Assembly: GCA_028534125.1 (NCBI GenBank)
Contig: CM052832.1
Coordinates: 6,946,001-7,010,000, forward strand
DNA length: 64,000 nucleotides
Direction: 5' to 3'
Origin: Lama glama
Lineage: Eukaryota
Part shown: piece after piece, positions 35,701-48,075 of the stretch
Numbering within the stretch: the stretch's first letter is position 1
How the letters are laid out: the number at the start of each line of letters is the position of its first letter
Made by a program: the position numbers and the translations under genes
Notes under the pieces: model-generated
What the model was told of the DNA's origin: nothing
Databases searched by the model: none
The model's input: only the letters and a program-made list of their open reading frames with translations

Positions 35701-38309
35701 GAAGGAAGATGGCAAGCAGGGTGCGCCTGCGAGGAGCAGCGGGCCAGCCCTCGGCACCCAAAGATGGCTTCGCAGAGTGGAAGAAATGTAAGTTTTGGAA
35801 TCCAACAGCCCAGATGTTAAATTCTAGTTTTGCTCCTAACTTGTATAATAAGACGACTATTTTGAAAATATTTTTCTCTGTGCTTTCCTGAGTCCATGAT
35901 TCTGATCTGCCCTAGGCATCCATCTGCCCCAGGAGAGATGAGGGTTTCTATAGAAGGAATTCTGAGGAAGAAAAGGGAATCCAATACTTAGCTTCTGACA
36001 CTCCAAATAGCATTTTCAACCAGACAGTAGCCTTGCAAGCCAAGCTGTTGTCTTAAAAAGTTCTGAATTCTTTTATCTCCCAATTTTAGCACACCAAGAA
36101 CCATGCCCGGAGGCCTCAGCTCACAGGAAGTCTCGCTGCTCCGTGGTTGATGGGATATTTGACATAGGAAACTGAGACAGGGGCTTTGGGGATGGAGGAG
36201 GAGAGACAGGCAGGGAGACGTCTGGGGAGCCCCCCATGACGCTCTGCTTGGGTATCCTTCCCAAGGAAAGTTTCGGGGGAAGGCAAGCGGCCTGCCTCTA
36301 ACCACCACCCTAGGGTCACATCCCCTTGGTTACCCTGGAAGGAAGTAGAGGGTCGGCAGCACTGAGACGAGACACAGCACCTGCAGAAGCTTCCCCAGGC
36401 CTTCCACCGGGCATTTCCTGGGACTCCCATCTCCCTGGAGCTCCCAGGAGCCTCCTCCCCCGCCCCACCCCTTTACTCGGGGAGAAGAGCAGGGGAGAGG
36501 GACGCTGTCTGACAAACTGAGCATTTTTTATGCAAAAGAGACAGAATTGTCTAGAGGGGCTGTTTAGATTATTACATCAACTAGCTTGTAATCCAGAATG
36601 GACTAAATTAAAGTCGTCGTTTCCCCATCACCCAGGGATTCCCTAGGGATCGGGAGCTTGTCAGGAAGACCAAAGAGGTTAAAAACAAAACAGGGTCCAT
36701 TTTCCACTGTACATCCCAGGAGTCGTTTGAACAGCCTGCTCACACGTGCCCGTGTGCCTCGGATAAGACTGAGACTAAGTTTCTTTCTCTGTGACGTGGT
36801 GATGCATCACAGCTCACATCTCAACAGATTCACTGTGTATTTAAATGACAGGTGGCATAAACACCCCCGGGCCACTTCAGAACTTCAGTAAGGGCATTCC
36901 TGGCCGGTGCTGGGGAGCAGGATTCAAGCACCTTGTGGTCTGCCTGGGTCCACCTCCCAGTGACCATGATCTCCGTCTCCACGGGAGAGTCGAACAGACC
37001 CCCATCCAGGCTGCAGACGATGGTCAGAGGTGGACCCCTGGTTCTTACCTGTCTGCAAGTTCAAGTGCCAAAGGAAAACCACGCATGAGAAACTGAGAGC
37101 ACAGCCCCCTGGGTTCGCAGAGCTGCTCATGTCCTTTCAAAGACCACCTGGGACATCTCCTCGGCTCCGAGTGACTTTTGAGCCCTGGGGGGTCTGAATG
37201 GCCCTTTGCCCCTCGGTGCCCCCACTGCACAAAGCGCACCAGCAAACCGAGGCTGCGCGTGCTTGCAAGGGCTTGTGGAGCCTGAGCAGGAGCCCTGGCT
37301 CCCTGGTCCCCGCTCAGCCTCCATGCCCGGGTAAGAGCGTATTATTTTCTTAGCTCAAATTGCCGTTTCCAAGTCATTATTTCTCTACGACAAGAAAACA
37401 ATATTGGGTCTTATGTAATATCAACCCCAATGAATCTGGAAGTGATCAGGGAATGGGTGGCTTTTTTTCCCCCCTTCTTAAAAAAGAGAAAAATAAATTT
37501 GAGATTGTTCGCATATGGCCGAGAATATTTATGAACTACTCCCCTCGTTTCCTCCTCCCATATTTTACCGGGTGCGCTTGTGTGTGGTACAGAATCAGGC
37601 TTTACGGGCAGGGCGGGGCAGAGAGGGGAAGAAAGCAGGCTGAGGACTGGGGGTCCTACAAGTGCCTGGGACCTTGGAGGTCTCGGGCCTCGGGGTCCCC
37701 TGGCCTCAGGTTGGCTTGCTGTGGTCTGAGGTTTCCCCCGTCCCGCCACTCAGAGGAAGTCTTTTGGAGGGAGGGTCTCAAATGCCAACACGGAAGGAAT
37801 TACCATCTTGTCGCTCTGGTTTCTTTCACAACCCCCTCCCCATCACCAGAGCAGAAAGTTCAACACGAACAGGTTCACAACCTGGGCTGCCGTCAGCCAA
37901 AAAGAATCGTTAAATTCTACGGGTGCCAGGTTTTGAGCCTGGGTCCGAGGACTGAAGGAAAAGCACTGGCAGAGAACGGAACGGGGCTGGCCTTTGTCGT
38001 TCGATAACGCAGCTGTGTGTGTGTGAGCACACAGGCACGTGGAGACGGTCTCCCTCCGGCCCTGCGTCTCCACACGGCTAGTCACCGAGACGGATCCGAG
38101 AGGGAGCCAGGGCCAGGGCCACGGCAGGACGTTCAGTCAGTAAGAGAAGCCAAGTTGCAGGCCTTTATTTTCCTCCTCTAGGGACTGGGCTTCAGAGCTG
38201 GAGCCCAGCATCTCTCATTCTCTGCGGTGCCTTGGATTTTTGAGGAATATCCTGACCAAGAGTGCGGGGTGAGGGGCAGAGAGCAGGATGCCTGCCACAT
38301 TCGGTAATG

Positions 38310-38515
38310 CAACAGCAGCAGCTCTCATTACATGATGTCCTAACCCGAGCCAGGCACCGCGTGACGCCCGCTCCCTGCGCTGGCTGAGCTCAAGCTCACA
38401 CAGGCCTGAGGAGAGTTAAGGACCTTCAGAACTGCTGTTGAGATGAGGGAAGCAAAGCTCAGAGAGGTTGAGGAACTTGCCTGAGGTCACACTTCAGAAG
38501 TGTCAGGATCAGGGA
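38310..38515 (-). mobile_element. MIR SINE
   Basis: 'gagccaggcacc...agatgagggaagcaaagctcagagaggttgaggaacttgcctgaggtcacac'. Confidence 0.75.
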
Positions 38516-40367
38516 CGTTTCCATGATGTGTGGGGTGGGTAGCCAATACAATCAATCCAAATAAGGAATTTGAAAAATCAAGTTCAAGGCCTTGGAGCTG
38601 AAGCCTCAGTGGCAACGCAGTAAATTCACCCCGGGCAGGGTCGACATTTAAATACAGCGTTAGCTCTGTCCCTTGGCCCCATCCCTGCTGCCTGGACTCC
38701 TCTCTACCATGGTTTTTGCCAATGCTGGCCTTCACATTCTGATCAAAGACGTACAGACACAAGGGATGCGACTGCCATGCGGAGGACCTGGTATGTTATT
38801 GGCGTGTCGTGGTTGGGACATAAGGCAACAATCCTTCCCATTGCCAGACATTACCTTCCACCTCAAGACATCACTGGAGAGAGCTGAGAGGTCTCCAGGA
38901 CCATCCTCCCAAGGAGCTTCAGTTGCTGTCCTCGCCTCTCTTACCAAGTCTCACGATGGTTCCCAGACTAGGTCCTTGGGCACGGACTTGGGCAGTGACT
39001 TGCTCAGGGGTCCAGGGAGCATTTGGAGTTAAAGTACCTGCAGTGACTCATGTCCCATCATCTGTCTCTTTCCTTCAGATGATATTCGGTCATCAAATTT
39101 CAACAGGCATTCTGTCTGATTTTTCCTTTCTCCATTAGAATCATCTCTGTAAGGGAGAGAGGCAGTGGGATTTGTGGAAGCAAACAAGCCCAATACAAAT
39201 CGCAGTGCTCCAGTAGAGGGTGAGGTAGGGCGGGGCGCGTAAGAAGCATCATGTGTTGTGTGGTGCCCTCCCTCTGCTGTGGCTCTTGAATAGGATGGCC
39301 ATCCCATCCCAGTCTAGACAATTAATAAGGGGAGTACAAGCTTCCCCCCCCCCAGCCCTGGTCTCTCAATTCTCCCAAACTGGAAACACAAAGCACATGG
39401 TTAAGTGCAAGTTCAAATGCCACACCAGGGAGAAGGAAGTGTTGAGAAACCACGTCCGACCTCCAGCCTGTTTCCAAGCATTCCAGTGAGCGTTTCCATT
39501 GATTTATCTTGGACAAGTGTCATTTCATTGTCTCAAACAAAGGCTTTCTATGAAAAGACAGTCACGGGTTCTGTGAGGAGGGGCTGGCAGAAGGCACGTT
39601 TGGGAAAATGGGAATAAGAGCACGGTCCTCTGGGCTCTTCCTCCAGGGGCAACTCTCCGCTTTTCTCTGCTGGAATTAACACCAGGACTGATTCCCGGCA
39701 TCTCAGTGTCATGCTCTAAAGCAGAGTCTGGAAAAGACAGCCACTAGGGGAGGGGCTGATGACGCAGGTGGAGTGGCCAGCGACTCGGCCAGACATCTCC
39801 TCCTCTGTCCTTGGAGCTCAGGTGGATGGTTTCTGTGCGAGGGTTCTGTGACTAGAATGGTCTGCGAGACTCTGGTTGGAATGACTCTTGAGTCATCACG
39901 GGTTCCTACAGCTGCTCTTTTGAGTATTTTGTTCTGCATCTAAATGAACTACTTCATACACAACCATCAGGACTGGGGAGGTCTTCTGCCACGTTATCTT
40001 TACTTGGATGTTCACTCTGAGCTGTATCCATGACAGGTTTCCATGCAGCTGTAATGTGCACATTTCTGGTGCAACCCACTGCATGGTGCATTGGCCCATC
40101 CATTTTGGACAGCTCTGAGTTTTAGGACAACCTTTGTAGATTAAAGTCAAGGATGCCTCCCTGATACCCATTGGTTATCTGGGGGGGCAACCCCAAACAT
40201 GGGCACCCACTTTTCCTGTGTCATGTTTTCCTGGAAGCCTTGTCTCCTCTCCTTCTCAGCTTGAGTTAGCCATAATGAATGCTTCCTCCAAATCTGGTGC
40301 AAAATCTCTCTCCCAGGTTGTCTGTTCAGTTGTTATTTACTTATTTAATATCCCTTTCTTTCTACAA

Positions 40368-40867
40368 NNNNNNNNNNNNNNNNNNNNNNNNNNNNNNNNN
40401 NNNNNNNNNNNNNNNNNNNNNNNNNNNNNNNNNNNNNNNNNNNNNNNNNNNNNNNNNNNNNNNNNNNNNNNNNNNNNNNNNNNNNNNNNNNNNNNNNNNN
40501 NNNNNNNNNNNNNNNNNNNNNNNNNNNNNNNNNNNNNNNNNNNNNNNNNNNNNNNNNNNNNNNNNNNNNNNNNNNNNNNNNNNNNNNNNNNNNNNNNNNN
40601 NNNNNNNNNNNNNNNNNNNNNNNNNNNNNNNNNNNNNNNNNNNNNNNNNNNNNNNNNNNNNNNNNNNNNNNNNNNNNNNNNNNNNNNNNNNNNNNNNNNN
40701 NNNNNNNNNNNNNNNNNNNNNNNNNNNNNNNNNNNNNNNNNNNNNNNNNNNNNNNNNNNNNNNNNNNNNNNNNNNNNNNNNNNNNNNNNNNNNNNNNNNN
40801 NNNNNNNNNNNNNNNNNNNNNNNNNNNNNNNNNNNNNNNNNNNNNNNNNNNNNNNNNNNNNNNNNNN
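40368..40867. other. Assembly gap (exactly 500 N)
   Basis: Directly visible; the round length suggests a placeholder of unknown true size. Confidence 0.99.
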
Positions 40868-41399
40868 GCTAGATCACTGTGGACAAAAAGACCAGCCGAA
40901 TGCTTGGCTTCCTCTGAAACAGCCTTGGCTTGGCCATGACACACAAAGCCTTGCCTCTCCAAGGTGTGTTCCCTCCTGCTTGCAGTTCCAATGGCAAGAT
41001 CCCAAGGAATAGCAATGTTGGTAACAGCCACCACCTTGAAACATGCCTACCCTTGGGTGCCCGTGTGATAAATAGTGTATTTGCATTATTTCAAATTCTT
41101 ACAGCATTTCTGGAATGTATTCTATTTTTCATTTACAGATGGGGAATCTGAAACCCACTGCAGTTAGGTGGCTCAGGTTCACAAGCCAGCGGGGGCTAGG
41201 ATTTCAACCCAAAAGACTGATATCAAGTCTTAGAGATGAAGAAAGACAGACTGGAACAAAAAATAGTCATTCTCAATCTGAAAGGCAGTGATGAGACATG
41301 TTCAAATCCAAAGTAATGAAAATTGGTGTGAGTTGATCACCAGGTAGAAGTGTAAACCAGGTAGCACACAGTATGAGAAACCCTAAAGCAGCTAAAATT

Positions 41400-41706
41400 A
41401 AAAATACAGTGTTTAACAATGTATTTTGGAAACTCTTCTGCATAAGTACGTAAAGAGCTTCCTCCCTTGTTTGTTTTATAGGTGCACAGTTTCTATTGTA
41501 TGAATGTACCTTTATTTATTGATTTATTTATAAATATCTTCATTGAAAAAAACCCATGCACATAGTAAAAGTTAAGTCATGCAGTTCAAAAGTCATTACA
41601 ATGAAAAGCAGGTGACCTTCCTACTCCGAACACTCTCACCCCCTTCCCAGAGGTCACCACCAGTAACAACTTCTTGTATTTACTTCCAGAAATTTTTTAT
41701 GTGTGT

Positions 41707-41745
<39 letters not shown>

Positions 41746-42860
41746 GTTGCACATCAGGTTATTTTTAAATAAAAATACAGGATACATGGGACTATGTGCA
41801 TGCATCAACTTTATTTTATCAAAAATGAGAGTGTGATTTTTTTAATATCACTTTTTTTTCACTTAATATATCTTGGAGAGCTTTCTATATCAATACACAT
41901 TTTATGTTCTTTGGAATCTCTGCATCATGTTTCACTATTTGAATGTAACTTAATTCACTTAGTCAGTCTATGTTTAACAGACATTTAGGTCATTTCCAGT
42001 CTTTTCCATTGAAATAGTGCTACAGTGAACTTCCTTGCAGGTATCTTTGAGCCTGCATGTGTGATAAGTACTTGCAGGATAAGTTTCTTGTGGTGTAATT
42101 ATCAGATGCTGAGGATGTGCATTTAATTCCTTCATTTTAATTGTATTTTTTTAATTTTAAAGAGAAAATGCATTTGCATGGTTCAAAAATTAAGATAGTA
42201 TAACAAAATAAATATTGGAAAACCTCAGCCCCTTCCCTGTCTCTGCTCATTATACTTCCTTCACCGCCTGTAAGTAAAGACTTTTGTTAGTTTCTTGTAA
42301 ATCCTTCTGATTGTTACTTATTCAGATGCAAGAAAATGCAAATATATACATTATCTCCTTCCTTATTACCCTGAGTACATACTACATACATTGTATGCAT
42401 CTCATATTTTTCACTTAATGTATCCTGCAGATCTTTCCGTGTAAGTACATAGGGCTCATCCTCATATTTTTTCAACTGTTTATTACTCCATAGTGGAGAT
42501 GTTCCATAGCTTAATTAGTCCCCTTTTGATGAACACTAGCGTTATTTGCAAATTTTTGTTATTGCAAACCACACTGGAATGAATAAATGTGTACATAACC
42601 AATTTTACACTCATATGAATGGTTATAGGGAAAAAGCATATAGCATAATACCATTTGGCGTAAAAAATTAAGGGAAAATAGAATTATAGATCTGTGTTGG
42701 CTGGCAAATTTATAGCAATTCCTTGGAAGGATAAATAACAAAATAATAATAATAACTGAACAGAAAGGAAAAGGTAGGAAGGAGATTTTTCTCTATGCAT
42801 TTTTATGTGTTTTATTAATTTAATCATGTGAATACAGTGTTAATACCTATTTTGAAAATT
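41400..42860. mobile_element. Cluster of old AT-rich L1 (L1ME-like) 3' fragments, with (CA)n at about 41710-41742
   Basis: Repeated 'cttttttttcacttaatatatcttggagagctttctatatcaataca', 'gacatttaggtcatttccagtctttt' and 'tttcacttaatgtatcctgcagatctttcc' motifs. Confidence 0.7.
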
Positions 42861-42944
42861 ATGTAATATGTCAAAATCTCTTTATAACAGGTTCAGATGA
42901 ACTCATAAGATTTGTATTATTTAGTTAATTGATTATTTAATATT

Positions 42945-43090
42945 TAATTTTTATTATTATATTTTAAAAAATTTTAGTGAGGGAGGTAATTGGGTTTATT
43001 TATTATTTTCTTTAATGGAGGTACTGGGGACTGAACCCAGGACCTTGTGCATGCTAAGCATGTGCTCTACCACTGAGCTATACCCTCCCC
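42945..43090 (-). mobile_element. tRNA-Ala-derived SINE (vic-1-like) with extended AT-rich tail
   Basis: The reverse complement reads ggggagggtatagctcagtggtagagcacatgcttagcatgcacaaggtcctgggttcagtccccagtacctcc...aataaacccaattacctccc. Confidence 0.9.
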
Positions 43091-44026
43091 TACTCAAAGG
43101 GCTTATTTTTTAAAGCAGGCCACTCATGGAAGCTTTAGGTTCCCAAAGCAAAATTATAAATGGCCACAGTGCTTCTCCAGATTCATCCCTTAGTGCTCAA
43201 CCCGGCTCATAGCATGACCATCAGCATCAATTTTCATGAGTTTTCTTCCCCAGGTGTTTAATTTAATATCGCTTGCATTATTCCCTTTTCCTGAAACCCT
43301 AAGAACATTGGAAATACCGTTTCCTTCTACAGAATTCAGTTAAGACCTGTAATCGGTAGAAACCACACTTTATCACACGTAGATCAGATCCAAGGGCAGG
43401 TGAAGAGACAACGCTGGGCTGTGGAGAATCCCTGGGCATTCCTGGTTGGCCAGGCCCCGCCCACCTGGCCCACGTGTGAGATGGAGCCACACGCTTCTCT
43501 GTGCTTCAAGCCCCACAGCTGCCCCTCGCGGAAACCCCAGGGAGCTGCTCTCTCTTCAGGCCTCTTCTCTCAGTGTTGCTACTTCTGTGAGCATCCCACA
43601 GTCTCCCAGCACTGGGACCTTCTGGAAATCTTAGGACCACACCTTGTGAGCTGGTCCTGACCTGTTATCTCTCCTTTAACCATGCTCCCTCCTCAACGAG
43701 CCATGCTAGGATCAGTGTGAGGTATTGAGGGGATTCATCCATTAAGCTTCACTGATCATTTTCCTCCTTCCTCCCAATCCTGCTCCCCCCTCCTCTGAGA
43801 GCACTTCCTATGACAATCACGTCCCCCGGGAGCTTTCCTGCCCCTTAGGCTGACAGCCCACTTCTGTATTTGCATTATAATTTTATTACATCTGAGTTTA
43901 TTGCACATTATATTACATTATGCCAGCTCATCTCTTTAGAATTAAAGAAAAAAACATTTAAAAGCCATTGCTTCCTTGAAAAGGTGAACCCAAAGGTGAA
44001 GTGACAATAGATCCAATAAATCCATT

Positions 44027-44466
44027 TGTGGATTGAATTATGTTCCCCAAAAGATAACACTGGAGTGCTAACCCCAGTGCCTGTGAGCGTGACCTCACTT
44101 GGAAATAGGGCCTTTGCAGATATAATCAGGTTAAGATGAGGTCATAATTAGGGTGGGCCCTAATTCAAGATGACCAATCTTATAAAAAGATGAAAATTGG
44201 AACACAGACAGACACACAGGGAACACGGTCATGGGAAGACAGAGGCAGTTTGGAGTGATGCAGCCACAAGCCAAGGAACACCAGGAGCCACCAGGAGTCA
44301 GACAGAGGCAAAGACGGACCCTCCCTACAGGCTTTGGAAAAGCAAGTCCCTGCCAAAGCTTTGATTTTGGACTTCTGGCCCCTACAACTGTGAGGGAATA
44401 AACTTGTATTGTTTTAAGCCATCCAGATGGCAGTACTTTATTTTGGGAACACTACGAAACAAACCA
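44027..44466 (+). mobile_element. MaLR solo LTR (MLT1B/C-like)
   Basis: 'ttgaattatgttccccaaaaga', 'ttggaaatagggcctttgcagatataatc', 'tgcagccacaagccaaggaac', 'ttgattttggacttctggcc'. Confidence 0.9.
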
Positions 44467-45470
44467 ACCATGTATTTGTTCATTTCTAAAAATGTCCTGC
44501 GGGTGCTTCTTCCCTGATCTGTTTCCACATATCCCCAGCCAAAACGGAATGTCACTCAAGCATCTTCAGAGAGGTTGTCTGTTGCATCAGTGGTGGAATG
44601 GCCACATCCCATGCCCTGAAGTCTGAGACCAAGTGGCCCGCTCATGCCACCTCCCTGGCATCGCCCGTAAGCATTCGGGAGCCTCTGCACTGGACGGGGC
44701 ACAGGTAATGTCCCGGGAAGTCTCAGGAGATCAGAGATCTGGCTCCATGTAGTTATTTTATGCATAATCCCACATGCAAAGAACTTGCCCTGGCTCCAGG
44801 CATCTGGAAAACACGTCTTCCTTTGCTTCCCTCCTCCCTCATGGGAGGAGGCACCCACCAGCTTTGTCCACCCAAAATGCCTTTGAGCTCTGCAGTGACG
44901 AAGGGCAGAAAAGACCCATTTTCAAAGCCATTTGCCTGAAGAGCACCTGGAAGACTTATCTGGCAGGTCCTTACTTCAGATTTCCTTTCAGGTGATCACG
45001 GATTTGGCAATGGGGCACTTGGCTAATCCTCAAAGAACACAAATCTAAACGCCCCATTCTCCTGCCCCATAATTACATTATCCAGTTACTCCCTGTGAGC
45101 TGGTGATAAAAGGAAATCCACTGAGAGGGTGCTCGACAGGTGGCCTTAAGAGGTTTAAATTGCCACTTGAAGCTGGGCTGATGAAAGGGGTCTGTGCAGG
45201 TGTGACTTAGGCGGGCGAGAACAGGACACACTCATTCAGGGTGAGGCTGCTCTGAGCACACCCCGCGGTGCAGGCGGTGAGCAAGTGTCTTCCCTGTGGT
45301 TCACCTTTGATACTGACCCGGATGCAGAGGCAAAAGCCTGGGCAGTATTAGGACTGTGGGCTGCACGTGGGAGAGGTGTTGAGAATTTTACTTCCTCGTG
45401 GTACCATCTCTGACCACAGACCAGTCCATGTCAGGACCTATTCTTATGGTCCCTTCTGGTAGTCTTAGAA

Positions 45471-45516
45471 GGGGATTTAATCTTTCAGATACTGGGGATT
45501 TAATCTTTCAGATACT
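45471..45516. repeat. Perfect 23-bp tandem duplication (ggggatttaatctttcagatact x2)
   Basis: Directly visible. Confidence 0.95.
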
Positions 45517-47639
45517 ATTCCAGCCAATTGGTCCCACTCTTCAGTGTCCATCTTCAATTATGTTCCCCAATTTTCATCCTGTGGAAATTTGCAGAAGTTC
45601 TTGTGCCATATTGGTTTCTTAAATGAGAACCTCTGTTCCCACAAATCTTGTATTTTTATTATGTCTTCAGAATCTTGAGGGCCTCCCATTCTTCTTGGGC
45701 CATTTCTACATTTGAAGCTTCTTGGTGTGGCATCATATTTATTTCTCTCTGAACTTCTTGACTCTGTCTTCCTAAAGTCTACTGCCGGCATCCCAGAGCA
45801 CAGTGTTTGTTCCCTTGGCATCCAGGAGCTCTGGAGCCGGAGGGATACTTTCTCCCTGGGTTTCCGCGACGTCCATTTCATCAACCTTCCTTTGGCTTGA
45901 AATTAGATTCCAAGGGTGTCCAGAGAGTTGCAGTCCCCTTGCCCCCCTTTTGTCTTTTCTCTGTCAGATTTGTATCCACAGTGGAGACGCACCTTCCACA
46001 CTCGTTCACTTTGGAGGACTGAACACTCCCCACCCTTTCAATCACAACTGTTTCTTGGGGGGGAAAATGATCTTCTGTTGACCTCATGGGCATAACATGC
46101 CTGAAATATTTAGGGAGGGTAATCCTTGGTCCTTCTTGGTAGTGGGCAGAGGTGGAATGGGAAGTCTCTCAATTAGATCTCTCAGCTGAATTATTTTTTT
46201 CCCACTCGTGATGAAAATGTTGGGATTTTTTAAAAACTTATTTTATAAGACTTAGCATTTTTCCTGCACCTTTGACAGTTTATCACATAATGGGCAGTTA
46301 TAAGTCATTATTAACCTCTGCAGGGGTGACAGAGTGAGGGGCACATAGTCGCCAATATGCCCTCTCTCCCCAAAACTTATATTCACCATGGTTCAGCCTT
46401 AAACCCTATTCCTCATCCATGAGGCCATCCTGTCTTCCTTAGTTATTGGGCATTGGGACCCACAGGTTCTAGAAAAGGTAGTCCCACTGTGGTAACCAAT
46501 AACCACCATGTCTCAGGGCTCAACGAAATAAAAGACTAATTTCTCGTTCAGGTCTCAGCCCTGCTGCAGTGACCGAATCCTGGGTCACCTCATGGTTGTC
46601 ACATTCTCCTTCATCAGAGACTCAGTTTCTCAGCCTTTGCTGTGCTGGAGGTGGCCATGTGACCAGGTTCACAACGGGAGAGAAGGTGAGTCTTTGGCGC
46701 TACCAGGAGAGGTGTCTTCCATGATTCAAGGAAAGCACTTTTTCTGCTGCCTCCTCCTTCCGAGTCCTGCTAGGGACCTGGTGTCAGCATGCAATACTTC
46801 TTTGTCTAGATCATTTCAATTCTAGACTCTCCTGCCTCTGGTCTTTCTGCAACCACTCCTGCATTTGCAGTGCAGCCAGTGGTCTTATAAAAACACCTGT
46901 CTGATCATAGTACTTTCTGTAAAAAAGCCTTGGCTATCAGGAACCTCCAAATACCTGTGTTCCACGATAAGGCATATCATCCATGAGAAATCTGCCCGGT
47001 TCCACGAAAGCCGTCTATTGACACGAGGCAACAGCACAAGGATGAGAAGACAATGCGGTGAGGAATAGCCAAGGAGAAGGACAGAAGGAGCCCCCGGAGG
47101 CACCACTGAGCTACTGAGCCAGTCCCAGACCTCCTCAGTGTGGACCTCCCGACTCCTTACTACGTCACCTCGTCTATCATTGCTGTTGTTAACTGCCGAG
47201 ATGCCCCATCATGATCTGGTCCCAACCTAGCTTGTCAGCCTCAGTTCCTAGACGGCTCTCCTTCTGCTTCTGTTCCAGGCACGGAGATACTCACCCCACT
47301 CCTTCCAGACCTCCTCCCGGTACTTCCTCTGTGGGAAGCCTGCGTTGCTTTCCTCCAGCCATGCTTCGTCTCCTGGGGACACTTTTCTTCTACCTCAGTC
47401 ACGACCCATGTCACTGTGACCATTTGTTAGCACCCAGCCCGCTCCCTGATTAGGAACCACTTGAGGTCAGGGGCAGATTTTCCATATTTCTTGTTCCCGG
47501 CACCAGCACAGGACACTGCATTTATTATGCTCTATACTAGTATTATTAAATTATACTACACTTATTAAACTTGATTTATTAAGTACACTCTAGGCACTTA
47601 ATAAATGTTTCTTTTTGTACAAGTAATATTTGTTTCTGG

Positions 47640-48075
47640 TTTTGTTTTGTTTTATCAAAGTAGAGTTGATTTACAGCATTGTATTAGTTTCAGTTGTACA
47701 GCACAGTGATTCAGTATGTCTCCAGATTATACCCCATTACAGGTTATCATAAGAGAATGGCTATAATTCCTTGTGCTATACAGTATATTCTTCGGATTAT
47801 GAGACTGACACACTGCCTGATGCACCAAGAGGGCAGATACATATATATATACACACACACACATATACACACAAACACACACACACACACAGTATATTCT
47901 TATTGCTTCTTTATTTATACACACAGTAGTTTGTATCTGTTAATCCCATGGCCCTAATTTGTCCCTTCCACTTCCCTCTCCCCACTGGGAACTAAAAATT
48001 TGCTACCTCTGAGAGTCTGTTTCTGTTTGGCATATATATTCATCTGTGTTGCTTTTAGATTCTACATATATAATC
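47640..48075 (-). mobile_element. L1 3' end (artiodactyl type), interrupted at 47793-47901
   Basis: 'aagtagagttgatttacagcattgtattagtttcagttgtacagcacagtgattcagt...ccttgtgctatacagta...gtttgtatctgttaatccca...ttttagattctacatata'. Confidence 0.9.
47793..47834 (-). pseudogene. Tailless 5'-half tRNA-Met(CAT) retropseudogene
   Basis: The - strand reads GCCCTCTTGGTGCATCAGGCAGTGTGTCAGTCTCATAATCCG, versus remembered mammalian elongator tRNA-Met GCCCTCTTAGCGCAGCGGGCAGCGCGTCAGTCTCATAATCTG (35/42; four differences are CpG decay). Flanked by a 13-bp TSD acagtatattctt (47780-47792, 47889-47901). Confidence 0.85.

Larger units (their letters stand above)
1..40367 (+). other. CLIC5: CLIC5 gene body (3' part of the intron before the first visible exon, through the long intron after the third visible exon)
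   Basis: Three in-frame CLIC5 exons on the + strand. No initiator exon is seen upstream of 10060, and no further CLIC exon is seen between 19998 and the gap. Confidence 0.85.

Noticed and set aside
37360..38007. 215-aa ORF on the + strand
   Set aside because: Non-ATG start, no CLIC-like or other recognisable sequence, and compositionally heterogeneous; it is not the missing CLIC5 exon.
40218..41034. Long ORFs spanning the N-run
   Set aside because: Artefacts of translating the assembly gap.
47793..47834. Functional tRNA-Met gene
   Set aside because: Only the 5' 42 nt are present: no T arm/B box and no 3' acceptor strand, and the CpGs have decayed.
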